Shown here: in pieces, positions 1-9,594 of the stretch
Layout of the letters: the number at the start of each line of letters is the position of its first letter
Position numbering within the stretch: position 1 is the stretch's first letter
Origin: Thalia democratica
Lineage: Eukaryota
Assembly: GCA_965202585.1 (NCBI GenBank)
Contig: OZ241828.1
Span: 17,608,001 to 17,672,000, forward strand
Direction: 5' to 3'
Length of the DNA: 64,000 nucleotides
Program-made: the position numbers and the translations under genes
The notes under the pieces: generated by a model
What the model saw: only the letters and a program-made list of their open reading frames with translations
The model's database searches: none
Told to the model about the DNA's origin: nothing

Positions 1-219
1 TATTTGTTAGATATTAATTAAATAAAGTAGGATTTAACTATGATGGGTAGTACTAATAAGTTAAGTGAACCACAATCAGTCCAAAACTTTACTACTAAAT
101 TGTCAACCTTTGCTAGCTATTCTACTGATTAATAGATTAAAGTAATTTTTTCAGTTTTAAAAACCTCATTCTGACTCAGGCTTTTTTATACTCACTCTAG
201 CTAGTTTTATTGACTTAAA

Positions 220-233
220 CAGTGGCAACCCTG
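220..233. mobile_element. Orphan hAT-like terminal inverted repeat (right end)
   Basis: CAGTGGCAACCCTG, reverse complement CAGGGTTGCCACTG, resembles (C/T)AGGGTTGCCA hAT termini. No partner TIR found in the window. Confidence 0.3.
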
Positions 234-529
234 CTAGTTTGAAAGTTTTTGGGAATTTTAGAAATTCTTGGACTGCCTCATGCTAGTTCAGTTTTTTATA
301 AAAACTCAGGCTAGTTTTCTTTTATATTTTGAATGAGTTTGAGCTGATCCAGTTTTTAATATTTTGTAATTTTCTAGTGTATTTTGTTCAAGAAATTGAT
401 TTCAGATTTTTAATTGTAAATAACACCTAAATTTGTAAACCTTGTGGCTAGCTGTTCTACTTATTATTTGTTTAAAGTTCTTTTTTTTCAGTTTTTAAAA
501 ACCTCATACTGACTCAGGCTAGTTTATAC

Positions 530-720
530 TAGTGATGTACCGGACTCACTATCCGGGTCCGGGTCCGGCCGGATATTGCCATTTTTGTCTGATATCCGGA
601 TCCGGCCGGATTCTAATTTGAAAAAAAAGTCCGGATCCGGTTCGGCCGGATTCTAATTTGAAAAAAAAAACCGGATCCGGGTCCGGCCGGACCCGAAATT
701 GTGGGTCCGGTACATCACTA
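530..720. mobile_element. 191-bp MITE, probably hAT-derived
   Basis: Perfect 16-bp TIR TAGTGATGTACCGGAC...GTCCGGTACATCACTA (19/20 when extended). Internal CCGGATCCGG/CCGGCCGG motifs and a duplicated CCGGCCGGATTCTAATTTGAAAAAAAA block. The 8-bp flanks (GTTTATAC / ATAACAAT) do not match as a TSD. Confidence 0.85.
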
Positions 721-924
721 ATAACAATTGCATAAAAGTTAATAGTTTTACTTTTATTTTTATGTTTTTATAAAATAGATTATTAATGCTTAATTTGAAG
801 TTTGAAACGCTAGAATTTGAAACCTCTAAAAATGCAGTATGTTTGTTTATTTTAATTTATATAAACAATGATAGCACAAAAAATATTAAAAACTTTAGAT
901 TTGTTCATAAATATTGTTTATAAT

Positions 925-1443
925 TTTGGTCCTAGTGAATGCCCTATATAATTAAGACTACCGTATTTAGGTAAAGTAGCAACTGCTCTTGAAAAGAATG
1001 TCAAAAACACAGTCAACTCCACTTTTCGTTCTGTACAACTAAGAATCAGTCATGTAACAAGAAAACCCTTAAATTAAATTTTTAAAGATCATAATGATGA
1101 TCTCAAAAAAATAAAGTAATTTAAAAATTTAAATGCCATTGCGATAGTGTTTACATCGGCAGAACGTCCCAGAGATTCCATATTAGAAGAGAACAACATG
1201 TTTCTAAATCCCTCAGAAATTGGATAGACACGGGTTTGAAAAAACCATCTAACAGATTATCAGCGATTGCCGAACACTTATTTAACAATTAAGTTTTTGC
1301 AAATAATAAAGTGACAGTAACTTTTTAAATTTAACTAACGTAATGATTATCGTGTAGGTGATTTAGAATCTTTATTTATAAAAACTTTATAACCTAATTT
1401 GTGTAAGAAACAATGCGTTTATAATTCTAATGTTTATAAGTAG
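925..1443 (+). mobile_element. Decayed Penelope-like retroelement, C-terminal GIY-YIG endonuclease region
   Basis: Manual translation across stops and a frameshift: FGPSECPI*LRLPYLG ... KFKCHCDSVYIGRTSQRFHIRREQHV ... SAIAEHL ... LESLFIKTL*PNLCK. These are the characteristic PLE motifs (LRLPYxG, CxCxxxYIGxT, SAIxEH, LExLxI..PxLC). Confidence 0.8.
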
Positions 1444-3546
1444 ATATGAATTTTATTTTATTTGAATTAAATTCTATTTTATTTTAATTTAATTTTGTCG
1501 CTTATTTTGTTGTTTGTTTTGGTATTGTTGCTTAATTTAGTTAAATTACTGATAAACTGTTTATAAATTTGTAGTATTTAGTTGTGAATGTCTATTTAAT
1601 TTTTGTAAATTATGCTTACTAGTGTTAATTGATTGTTTTTTCTGATGAATTCTCTAACTATTTATTTACTCACAATTTAATCTAAAAATTAGTTGCTACC
1701 ATTAGTAGTTGATAAGAGTTAGCTGTCTATTTCACTTGCATTTGTTTGAACAAAAATCTGTTTTTGAATAAGTCATGTCTATATTTCTGTGTAAAAAACC
1801 CACTATATTTAAATATTACCTTATGTCTTGTAGTACACATTAGTTTTTTAAAAAGTTATTAAATTTAACTAAATTGAAATTAATACTAATAAAACTTGAT
1901 TAAAAGATCGTGTATTTATTTTTTGATAATCATACTTGTATAAAAAAATTGTGTATAGTTTAAACGTTTAAGTGACTTTTTGTACTAAGCTATATAAGTG
2001 ATAGGAATTACCTTTAATTTGAAATTTAAAAAGCAAATTAGAAAGAGACAAAGTTGACTTCAAATATAAATAACGCTGAAAGATATAAGCGAAACAGATA
2101 GAGTATGTAGCTGTAAGACTGACACTAATTTTCATTTTTAATGGTGAGTGCCTTATAAAGGATTATTAAAAAGCAACAATTAAGAATTATGAATACGTTG
2201 GATCAACCGGAGCCGGAAAGGTGAAGTTTTGCAGAATCAGATATTTGTAAAGAACTTTTTTATTTCGTAAAAACTTAATTGCGCTTACAACTTGTATAAA
2301 AATTGCACAAACATATCTAAGACAATTTGGCTAGCTGTAGAGGTATAAATTTGTTTTTAATATGTAACAAAAAAACCGAAAGATATATTATATAAATTTA
2401 AAATCCAACTGTTTTTTATATTTTATTCTTGAAAAAAGTATCAACTTTGTAAACATATATAATATCACATTTAACTGAATAAAATTTTCCTTAAAGTTTT
2501 TATTATTCTATTACTTTTATATCATGTTTATGTTTAAACTGCTGATACCGTCATGTAAGATTTATTTAAAATACTTTTTATTAATAAAGATAATATGTTT
2601 TTACAAGGAGCAAATTTTATAGAGTTCAATTTGTTTTTCTGCCTAAAAATTAAAATAAATCTAAAACTCATTTTTTAAAACTTGACTATAAATAAATTAT
2701 ACAAAAAAATTGGTAAAAGTAAATAAATTAAATACTATAAACGTTACATTTAACAACAAATACAAAGATAAAATTCGATTAACAAAGAAGACTTCATTAA
2801 CTTGTACTACTTTAGTTAACATTTTAAAATGGAACTAGTAAATATACATTAATTTACGATTTGATAACAACTATAAAAAAATTGAGTATCTACAATACCA
2901 TTTATAGATTTACCTACCAACCAACTTTAAAACTTCAATAAACTTTATTATTCAAAATTGACAATAAACTAAAATAAGAAAATAAAAAGTGAAGTAATGG
3001 CAAAAACTACTTTTTTTATCCTTATAACAATGTAAATAATTACAATGCAAACAAGATTATTTCAAATACTAAATGAAATTTAACATTCAAAGAAAACCTT
3101 CGTGCACTTCCATACAAAATAAGTATCAAAACAAAACTAAACAACTAGGCAAAATTTCTAATGTTATAATGAATCCCGTTATATTAATTGTTTCTTCAGG
3201 TATATTAAACTTTTTTTTTTGTCATTCTATAATACAGGTCAGTTTTAGTGTTAAATTCTTTTGACTTTTTAAAACTATCAAAAAAATATTTTATTTATAA
3301 TAGTTCAAGTATTAAAAGTAATGTTAGTTTTAGAAATACTAAAATTCCGTAAATAACTTGCATATTGAACAGAAAGATATTTATATAATTAAAAATAACC
3401 TGTTACTACAACTACATCAACTTTATATTTATAAAGTTTATAATTTTAAGAAGTTAAAGCACAGTTTTTGTAAATAATTGTAACTTTATGGAATTGTTCA
3501 TTAATATAATTAAAACTTATATATAAATTATGAATTTTTATGTATG

Positions 3547-4066
3547 TGTAACCGCTTGGTAGCGGTTTAGAGTTGTTTCTAATTAGGGGTTTTTTCTGAC
3601 TTGTTTACTTCTTGAAGCTGTACCGCGTGAGCGGTAATTGTCTCTTTTTTACTTTCTTTTTTTGTTTTCAAGCGAGTATAAATTAAGAATATCGCGTAAT
3701 TAGCACAGTTCAGTTTTTCTAGTTTCTACTTCATTGAATGGTCTGAACTCAGTGCCGCGTTTCGCGGCACCTAAGTTTTAATGGTTTCAATCTTGTTGTC
3801 AAATTGAGTTCGATTTTAGAATGTTTTTTTGAATTTGGTTTAAACATGTAGTGTTTAGTTTCTGTTATTCTAGTGTAATGTTGCGCAGATTTTTATCATC
3901 TTTTCGTTTCGCAAGTTCATTGTAAATATATTCATGATCACAAACTCGAACTCAGTTTAAATTAAGTAACTGATTTATTAAACATTTAGTAAATGGTAAG
4001 TAATCCATATTAGTTTTTTTAGTTAAAACAATTATAATTTAAGCGTTATCTTACGAGATAGCGACA
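3547..4066 (+). repeat. 5' LTR (520 bp)
   Basis: TG..CA termini. TATAAA at 3677. 3674-4066 aligns with 6050-6512 at roughly 90% identity by eye. Confidence 0.8.
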
Positions 4067-4081
4067 TGATGACCCGGACGT
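4067..4081 (+). promoter_or_regulatory. Degenerate primer-binding site (tRNA-Trp)
   Basis: TGATGACCCGGACGT matches 13/15 to TGGTGACCCCGACGT, the complement of the metazoan tRNA-Trp 3' end. It directly abuts the LTR-terminal CA. Confidence 0.65.
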
Positions 4082-5473
4082 CCAGTTGTTTATAGCTGGA
4101 ATCGAACACAGATACCTTCATTAAAATTTTTACGTTTTGTAGATGGTGACTTGAAAACAGAGTAAAATAAACTTTATTTAATAATATTATAAATTCGATA
4201 AATTTAAGGGCATTTATTTAACCCAGTCATCTGGTCTGTAAAGTTTTAAAAATGAGTTTAAAATTTCTAGTTGGAAAAACAACTAAGTAGTTCGAGTTTG
4301 TGAGAGATTTGTGTTGTTTTTTGCAAAAAGTAATTAGCTTTTTTGTGTTGAATTTTATGTTAAAGTGGTTTGGGAAAAGCTAATGGACATGTGTTAGAAC
4401 TAAAATGTATTTGTTGTGTAGATATTATTGCAATTCATTGTTGAACCTTTTTTAAAAATGAGTTTTAAACTTGTACGAGCAAGTTTAAACAAAAGTTTGT
4501 CTTGTTTTCAAGTTGTTCCGCGTTTTGTCAAATTAATTAAATATCGTTCAATCGTTTTAAACATTTTATTAAAAGTTAAAATGAAACTAAAGGCTTCTAA
4601 TAATAAAACTTTCTTGTAACAAAAAGAGTTTTAAACTTCTATAAAAGTTAGCATCTGTAAAGTTTAATTGTTTTGTTTTCAAACAATCGTTTAATTTGAA
4701 CTATAATGGATAATAAACTTTTTAAACTGCATGTAAAAACATTGTTGTTTTTTCGTTCGTCCTTGTAAAAGTATTTGTATGAGGTTATTAAAACTTGTTT
4801 TCGAGTGCATAATCGGTTAATGAAGTGAAATTTCTTAAGTTTATTAAACTTAATTTAGTTTTATATTTAGCAACAATGTCATGTTCAAACTTTAAACTAT
4901 AATATTTAAAGTTTTTTTTTACAATGACCTTTTAATTGCTTGTAACAAACTTTATTGGCTTGTTTTTTGTTATTATACATTTCAGCTTACTTATAAAACC
5001 ACAATTTTAATAAGGTCATTTGAGCTATTAATATCTTATTCAACATTTAAACTCTAACAACAACTTTGTTTTTAACTTTCTTAGAATGTTAAAGTTTTAT
5101 AAATTAGTATAAAGTTCAAGAGCTATATATTTTTACGAAACAAATTTAAGCTTTTGAAATGAATATAATTGTTTGTTTTGTCAACTAACTCATGTTGAAT
5201 GTGAAATGTTTTTAATATACTAAAAGTTTTTATAATGAATAATTAGTTTAAACTGAAGCTATAAATGTTTTTTAAGTTTCTTATAAACATATTTAAAAGT
5301 ACTTGAAAATACTTGAAATAGTATTTTCTTTATATTTTTGCTTGAACTTTTATTGCACTTTCGCACGAACGGCTCGAGAAACGAATCGGCGAGGAGCGGG
5401 GAGGAGACGTATGAACGAGGTGAGGAACGAGGAGATGAAAGAGGAGATGTATGAAGAGACGGATCAGAGGATT

Positions 5474-5896
5474 CCGTAGCGCCAAGAGACCGCTGGGTGA
5501 GGCAAGGAGACGGTTCCGTAGGGCCAACAGACCGCTGGTTGAGGCAAGGAGACGGGTTCCGTAGGGCCAAGAGACCGCTGGTTGAGGCAAGGAGACGGTT
5601 CCGTAGGGCCAAGAGACCGCTGGTTGAGGCAAGGAGACGGTTCCGTAGGGCCAAGAGACCGCTGGGTGAGGCAAGGAGACGGTTCCGTAGGGCCAAGAGA
5701 CCGCTGGTTGAGGCAAGGAGACGGGTTCCGTAGGGCCAAGAGACCGCTGGTTGAGGCAAGGAGACGGTTCCGTAGGGCCAAGAGACCGCTGGTTGAGGCA
5801 AGGAGACGGTTCCGTAGGGCCAAGAGACCGCTGGTTGAGGCAAGGAGACGGGTTCCGTAGGGCCAAGAGACCGCTGGGTGAGGCGAGGAGACGGAT
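5474..5896. repeat. GC-rich 42-bp minisatellite, 10 copies
   Basis: Unit CCGTAGGGCCAAGAGACCGCTGGTTGAGGCAAGGAGACGGTT. Copies 2, 6 and 9 are 43 bp (extra G). It accounts for all ORF-track hits at 5259-5969. Confidence 0.95.
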
Positions 5897-6049
5897 CGGC
5901 GTGGACCGGTCAGACGACGAGGAGATGTGCAGGGGCGGAGCGAGTTCCGGCGGCGAGGAGATTTTTTGAACTGTCTACATTTTACTGTTATTTAAGTCTT
6001 AATGTGTTCTAACCAACTCTTAAGTTTTATAAACGATGTTGTATAGTTG

Positions 6050-6512
6050 GAGTATAAATTAAGAATATCGCGTAATTAGCACAGTTCAGTTTTTCTAGTT
6101 TCTACTTCATTGAGTGGTCTGAACTCAGTGCAGCTTTTTGCTGCACTTAAGTTTTAATGGTTTCAATCTTGTTGAAGTGATTTCGATTTTAGAATGTTTT
6201 TTAGTTTGGTTTAAACATGTAGTGTTTAGTTTCTGTTATTCTAGTGTAATGTTGCGCGGTTTTTTATCATCTTTTCGTTTCGCATTTCATTGTAAATATA
6301 TTCATGATCACAAATTCGAACTCAATTTAAATTAAGTAACTGATTTATTAAACATTTAGTAATTGGTAAGTAATTCATATTAGTATATTTAAGCAATTAT
6401 AATTTAAGCGTTATCTTGGGGACTTCTACTTTATATAAGTTAGAGCGCACGTTGCGTATTAAACCAGGCCAATAATAAGTTATATAAGTAGAACCTCTAC
6501 GAGATAGCGACA
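6050..6512 (+). repeat. 3' LTR, 5'-truncated, with 81-bp insertion
   Basis: Homology to the 5' LTR begins at GAGTATAAATTAAG and ends at GATAGCGACA. The first ~127 bp of the LTR are missing. Confidence 0.8.
6418..6498. mobile_element. 81-bp MITE-like insertion in the 3' LTR
   Basis: Absent from the 5' LTR (TTATCTT|ACGAG). Imperfect inverted ends TTCTACTTTATATAA ... TTATATAAGTAGAA. No clean TSD. Confidence 0.5.
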
Positions 6513-7606
6513 TATGAACTAGTTTACATATAAAGAACAACTGATTTTAATATTTACTTATACCAATTGCTATAAGGTATGTTTTTTCTTAGTTCTTATG
6601 ATCGAATACATTTTTAAATTTAAGTTTTAATTCTGTAGTAAAGTTATTTACATCATTTAAATACAACCTTGTTGCTTCGTTTATTAACGAAACTGTAAAA
6701 TTAAAAAAAAAAAATACAAAAAAAAAAGTGAGGCAGCTCTAGTAGATTTTATTTTACTTTATTAGAATTAAAGCTTTGTATTTTTTAAATTGAAGTTTTG
6801 TTGACAGTTATTTTAAGTAAATGATAAATTGTTGCAGTCAATTTCAGGTTGTCGGTCTGCCCACAGACAGTCAATCAGACCCAACTGAGACTTTTCATGT
6901 TTGCCGACTAACATCCATAGCTCACAATGTGTTAAACTAAAAACTCACAACTTGTAAAAACTGATTGATTATTTTTTATGTGGTATGTTAATTTTTGTTC
7001 AAATTTATATTTTTAGATATTTAGCTTATAATTACTTTTTTATAAGAAAAATAATTGAGATAACATTTATCCATTATCTTTTAAAAACAAAAACGAAAAT
7101 TACTGAAAAATATAACTTAAAGTCTTGGCTTTTGGACTGTATATTATATCGGCTAAAATCGACCGTTTTAATAAGATACAAGTTTAAGGGTAAGATAAGT
7201 CAAGAAAGTGCTTAGTGTTGTAAAAAGTTACGTCAAAAGTTTGTTTCTTTATTTAATAACATTTCAGCAAACAAATACGTACAGTTTAAATGTTTTGTTT
7301 GCAGTTCAAAAGTTTTTAAACTTTTTATATCATATATTAATATTAAAAACAGCAAACAGCTTGATGAGTAGTGATGACACGACAATAAAGGAATTGTTTT
7401 TTTATGGTTGATACTTATTTTTTCTTAAAATTTTTTCTTCAAATTACTACTCTTTGTATTAGCACTTATATATGCTAATTTTGTTAACTTCTTACACTTA
7501 AATAATGATTTATCCGCCACTAATGGCTGTAATAGTGCACCAAGTAGTAGGTTAAATGAAATGCTAAGTAGGTGGGGAAGTAGTGGTAACAAAACTTCGG
7601 CAACAA

Positions 7607-7760
7607 GTAGTCCAAGTAATTGAACTATTTGTAGTCCAAGTATTTGGGCAACCTGTAGTACAAGTAGTTGGGCAACCTGTTGTACAAGTAATTGAACTAT
7701 TTGTAGTCCAAGTAGTTGGAAACCTATAGTACAATTAATTGAACAACCTGTAGTCCAAGT
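7607..7760. repeat. 24-bp minisatellite (GTAGTCCAAGTARTTGRRCAACCT-like)
   Basis: Six full units plus a partial here, versus three plus a partial in the later units (e.g. 20259-20341). It underlies the 7425..7790 ORF. Confidence 0.85.
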
Positions 7761-7849
7761 AAATAAATGTTTAATAAAAATGTTGTACATTAAATTTTTT
7801 TTTAATTAAATAGATTTGAAATAATGACCAACCAAATTCAATAGGATTA

Positions 7850-8015
7850 TATAGGCTAGATCCGCATAGTAATTACTAATTGGGATACTGCCAGATCCGG
7901 ATCTAAAAAGGGATTATCATGCTTGATCCGGTATATTATTAATTTGAACAGCCCCGTCAAGGACTAATTTTATCTTGATTCAAACCGCCGATTAAAAACG
8001 TTGTCCACTTCTATA
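7850..8015. mobile_element. Decayed hAT-like MITE relic 3' of each kelch gene
   Basis: GATCCG/CGGATC motifs. The better-preserved paralogous copy at ~20675-20829 ends in TGCCCACCCCTA (reverse complement TAGGGGTGGGCA, a hAT-type TIR). Confidence 0.4.
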
Positions 8016-8130
8016 CTAAACTAAAAAATAAATTTTGTAATACCAGTAAATAAAGTTTAATAAACACTTAAACATTTCGACAAAACACTTTATCACTATA
8101 TGAACACACTTTTGCATACAAACAGATCTT

Positions 8131-9594
8131 TTATATCGATATGGTTTCTAAGAACCATGGCACCTTGACGCACGAAAACCTTTCTTTTGTTTGCGTGGTC
8201 GCGCAGGGTTTTTTCGACCATTCGCTCCCATCAACGTCGTAACAAGCAACGTACGGCTCTCCGCTTTGAAAAATTGCGATCACGCCTCCGAACGCCACCG
8301 CTCCGTGCACGGCCGTTTCCCACAGGTAAGGTGGCGATTTGATGGAAACGAAACTGCCGCCAACGTCGTCGAAAACCTCGCACTCTCCAGCTCCGTCCCC
8401 GAAAACATACAACTTTTGCCGCAAGGCCACCGTGTAGTGACGGCCCCTGCAGCGGATCATGCTCGGCATTGACAGCCACCTGTCGTTGGCGTGATCGTAA
8501 CGCTCCGCAAAGTTCAGCCTCTTGTGCTGCTGATTCATACCGCCGGTGACCACAACCGTTTCGTTGAGAAGCGAGCACGCCGTCACCGCCCTCGCGCCCA
8601 CATTCATGCCGGCCAGTTCTTTCCACTTGAAGCCGGCCGTGTCCAGTTGCAAGCAAGAGCCGTGGACGGGGTACGGATATTCTGGAGACCAGCCCCCGAA
8701 AGTTAAAATTTTGTTGGCAACGGCGCAAACGGAAAAGCTGTTGCGCGGGTCGAAGGCGTCTGCCACTTTCATCCACGTGTTGTTGGCTGGTGAGTACCTT
8801 TCAACGTACATTTCATAGTGCTCACAGCCATCTAAAACGTAAACTTCCCCTTCAATGCAAACTGCTTGGATATCATGTCGTTCTGCCAGCATGAAAGGAA
8901 GAGCTTCTGCGCTTTTAAAATTGCACAACTGGATGACATCTCTACAGTGTTCGACGGGTTTAAAACCAGAAAGATACTTTAAATCACCTAGAACTAGTAA
9001 GTTAGAACTTGCCTTATAAGAATAAAGGCTTATGCAATTGACTCTTAACTTATTACGAAAAAAAAATTTTTGATCATGCAACACATCTTTGAACACTGTA
9101 ATACCTTCATCAGTTTTGTAATACAATGAAGACTCACTGAAAAGTCTTTTTAAAACACCTTTTGGTAGTGAGTAAACACGAAGTTTTAACAAAAAGTTTT
9201 TGGCAAACTTCTCACGTTCCTTAATTTTGTAAGTTAACCAACTTTCGGCTGCATGAAGCACTTTAAGTTCTAACTTTGCAAGTAAACTGGAACTTGAAAG
9301 TAGTTTTACTAGAGAAATATATTACAGTTCTAGAAAACTAATAGTTCCAACTACCTAAGTAAAGCATTCTTCCATGAAATTGATGGAAAATTACGAAATT
9401 GTTTTTAAATTAAAAACTTCTGCTATTTTATACAACATAATTACATTTTTAGCAGAAAACTTTTCTTTTATTTTATCGCACCATTCTTTTTCACAACTCG
9501 TTGTGGTGTTAATACAAATCTGCTTCTGTTTAATATAAAACATAACACCATTTTCATCCAAATTATTACCTTTAAACGAAAGTTTAATTAACAT
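8131..9594 (-). pseudogene. Kelch-like (BACK + Kelch repeats) copy 1, pseudogene
   Basis: ATG at 9594 (MLIKLSFKGNNLDENGVMFY...). In-frame nonsense codons at 9391-9393 (TAA), 9355-9357 (TAG) and 9322-9324 (TAA), where other copies encode K, L, E. The 376-aa ORF-track entry starts at a GTG (Val). Confidence 0.85.

Larger units (their letters stand above)
3547..6512 (+). mobile_element. Non-autonomous Gypsy-type LTR retroelement (2,966 bp)
   Basis: Starts TGTAAC and ends GCGACA. 4-bp TSD TATG at 3543-3546 and 6513-6516. Direct repeats 3674-4066 and 6050-6512. PBS immediately after the 5' LTR. No gag/pol recognisable internally. Confidence 0.8.

Noticed and set aside
3550-3582. Helitron-like 3' end (18-nt hairpin, 11-nt spacer, CTAA|T)
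   Set aside because: It is better explained as the start of the LTR (TGTAAC with a matching TATG TSD and PBS). No Helitron 5' end was found.
4085-4115. T-arm-like GTTCGATTCC on the minus strand
   Set aside because: No A-box or remainder of a tRNA upstream.
5474-5896. CRISPR-like array
   Set aside because: The repeats are contiguous with no unique spacers, the context is eukaryotic, and there are no cas genes.
5259-5969. Six overlapping ORFs of 72-194 aa
   Set aside because: They are produced by the stop-poor 42-bp minisatellite, with no evidence of a real start, domain or codon selection.
6848-6898. Possible isolated 51-nt plus-strand exon (VVGLPTDSQSDPTETFH)
   Set aside because: The acceptor is plausible but the donor is weak, and there are no partner exons, paralogous copy or homology to test it.
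7361-7420. Tandem TGATGA boxes suggesting a C/D snoRNA
   Set aside because: No downstream D box (CTGA) at a suitable distance and no terminal stem.
7425-7790. 121-aa Leu/Gln-rich ORF
   Set aside because: It is built on the 24-bp minisatellite and is not preserved as an ORF in the other four units.
8191-8818. Antisense and alternative-frame ORFs (71-181 aa) overlapping each kelch gene
   Set aside because: They are shadow ORFs expected in a GC-rich coding region. The 171-aa antisense frame is broken by a stop in copy 1, and none has recognisable motifs.
9391-9594. ORF-track entry labelled plus strand (MLIKLSFKGNN…)
   Set aside because: The peptide is encoded on the minus strand (CAT at 9592-9594). 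It is the truncated N-terminus of kelch copy 1, not a separate gene.
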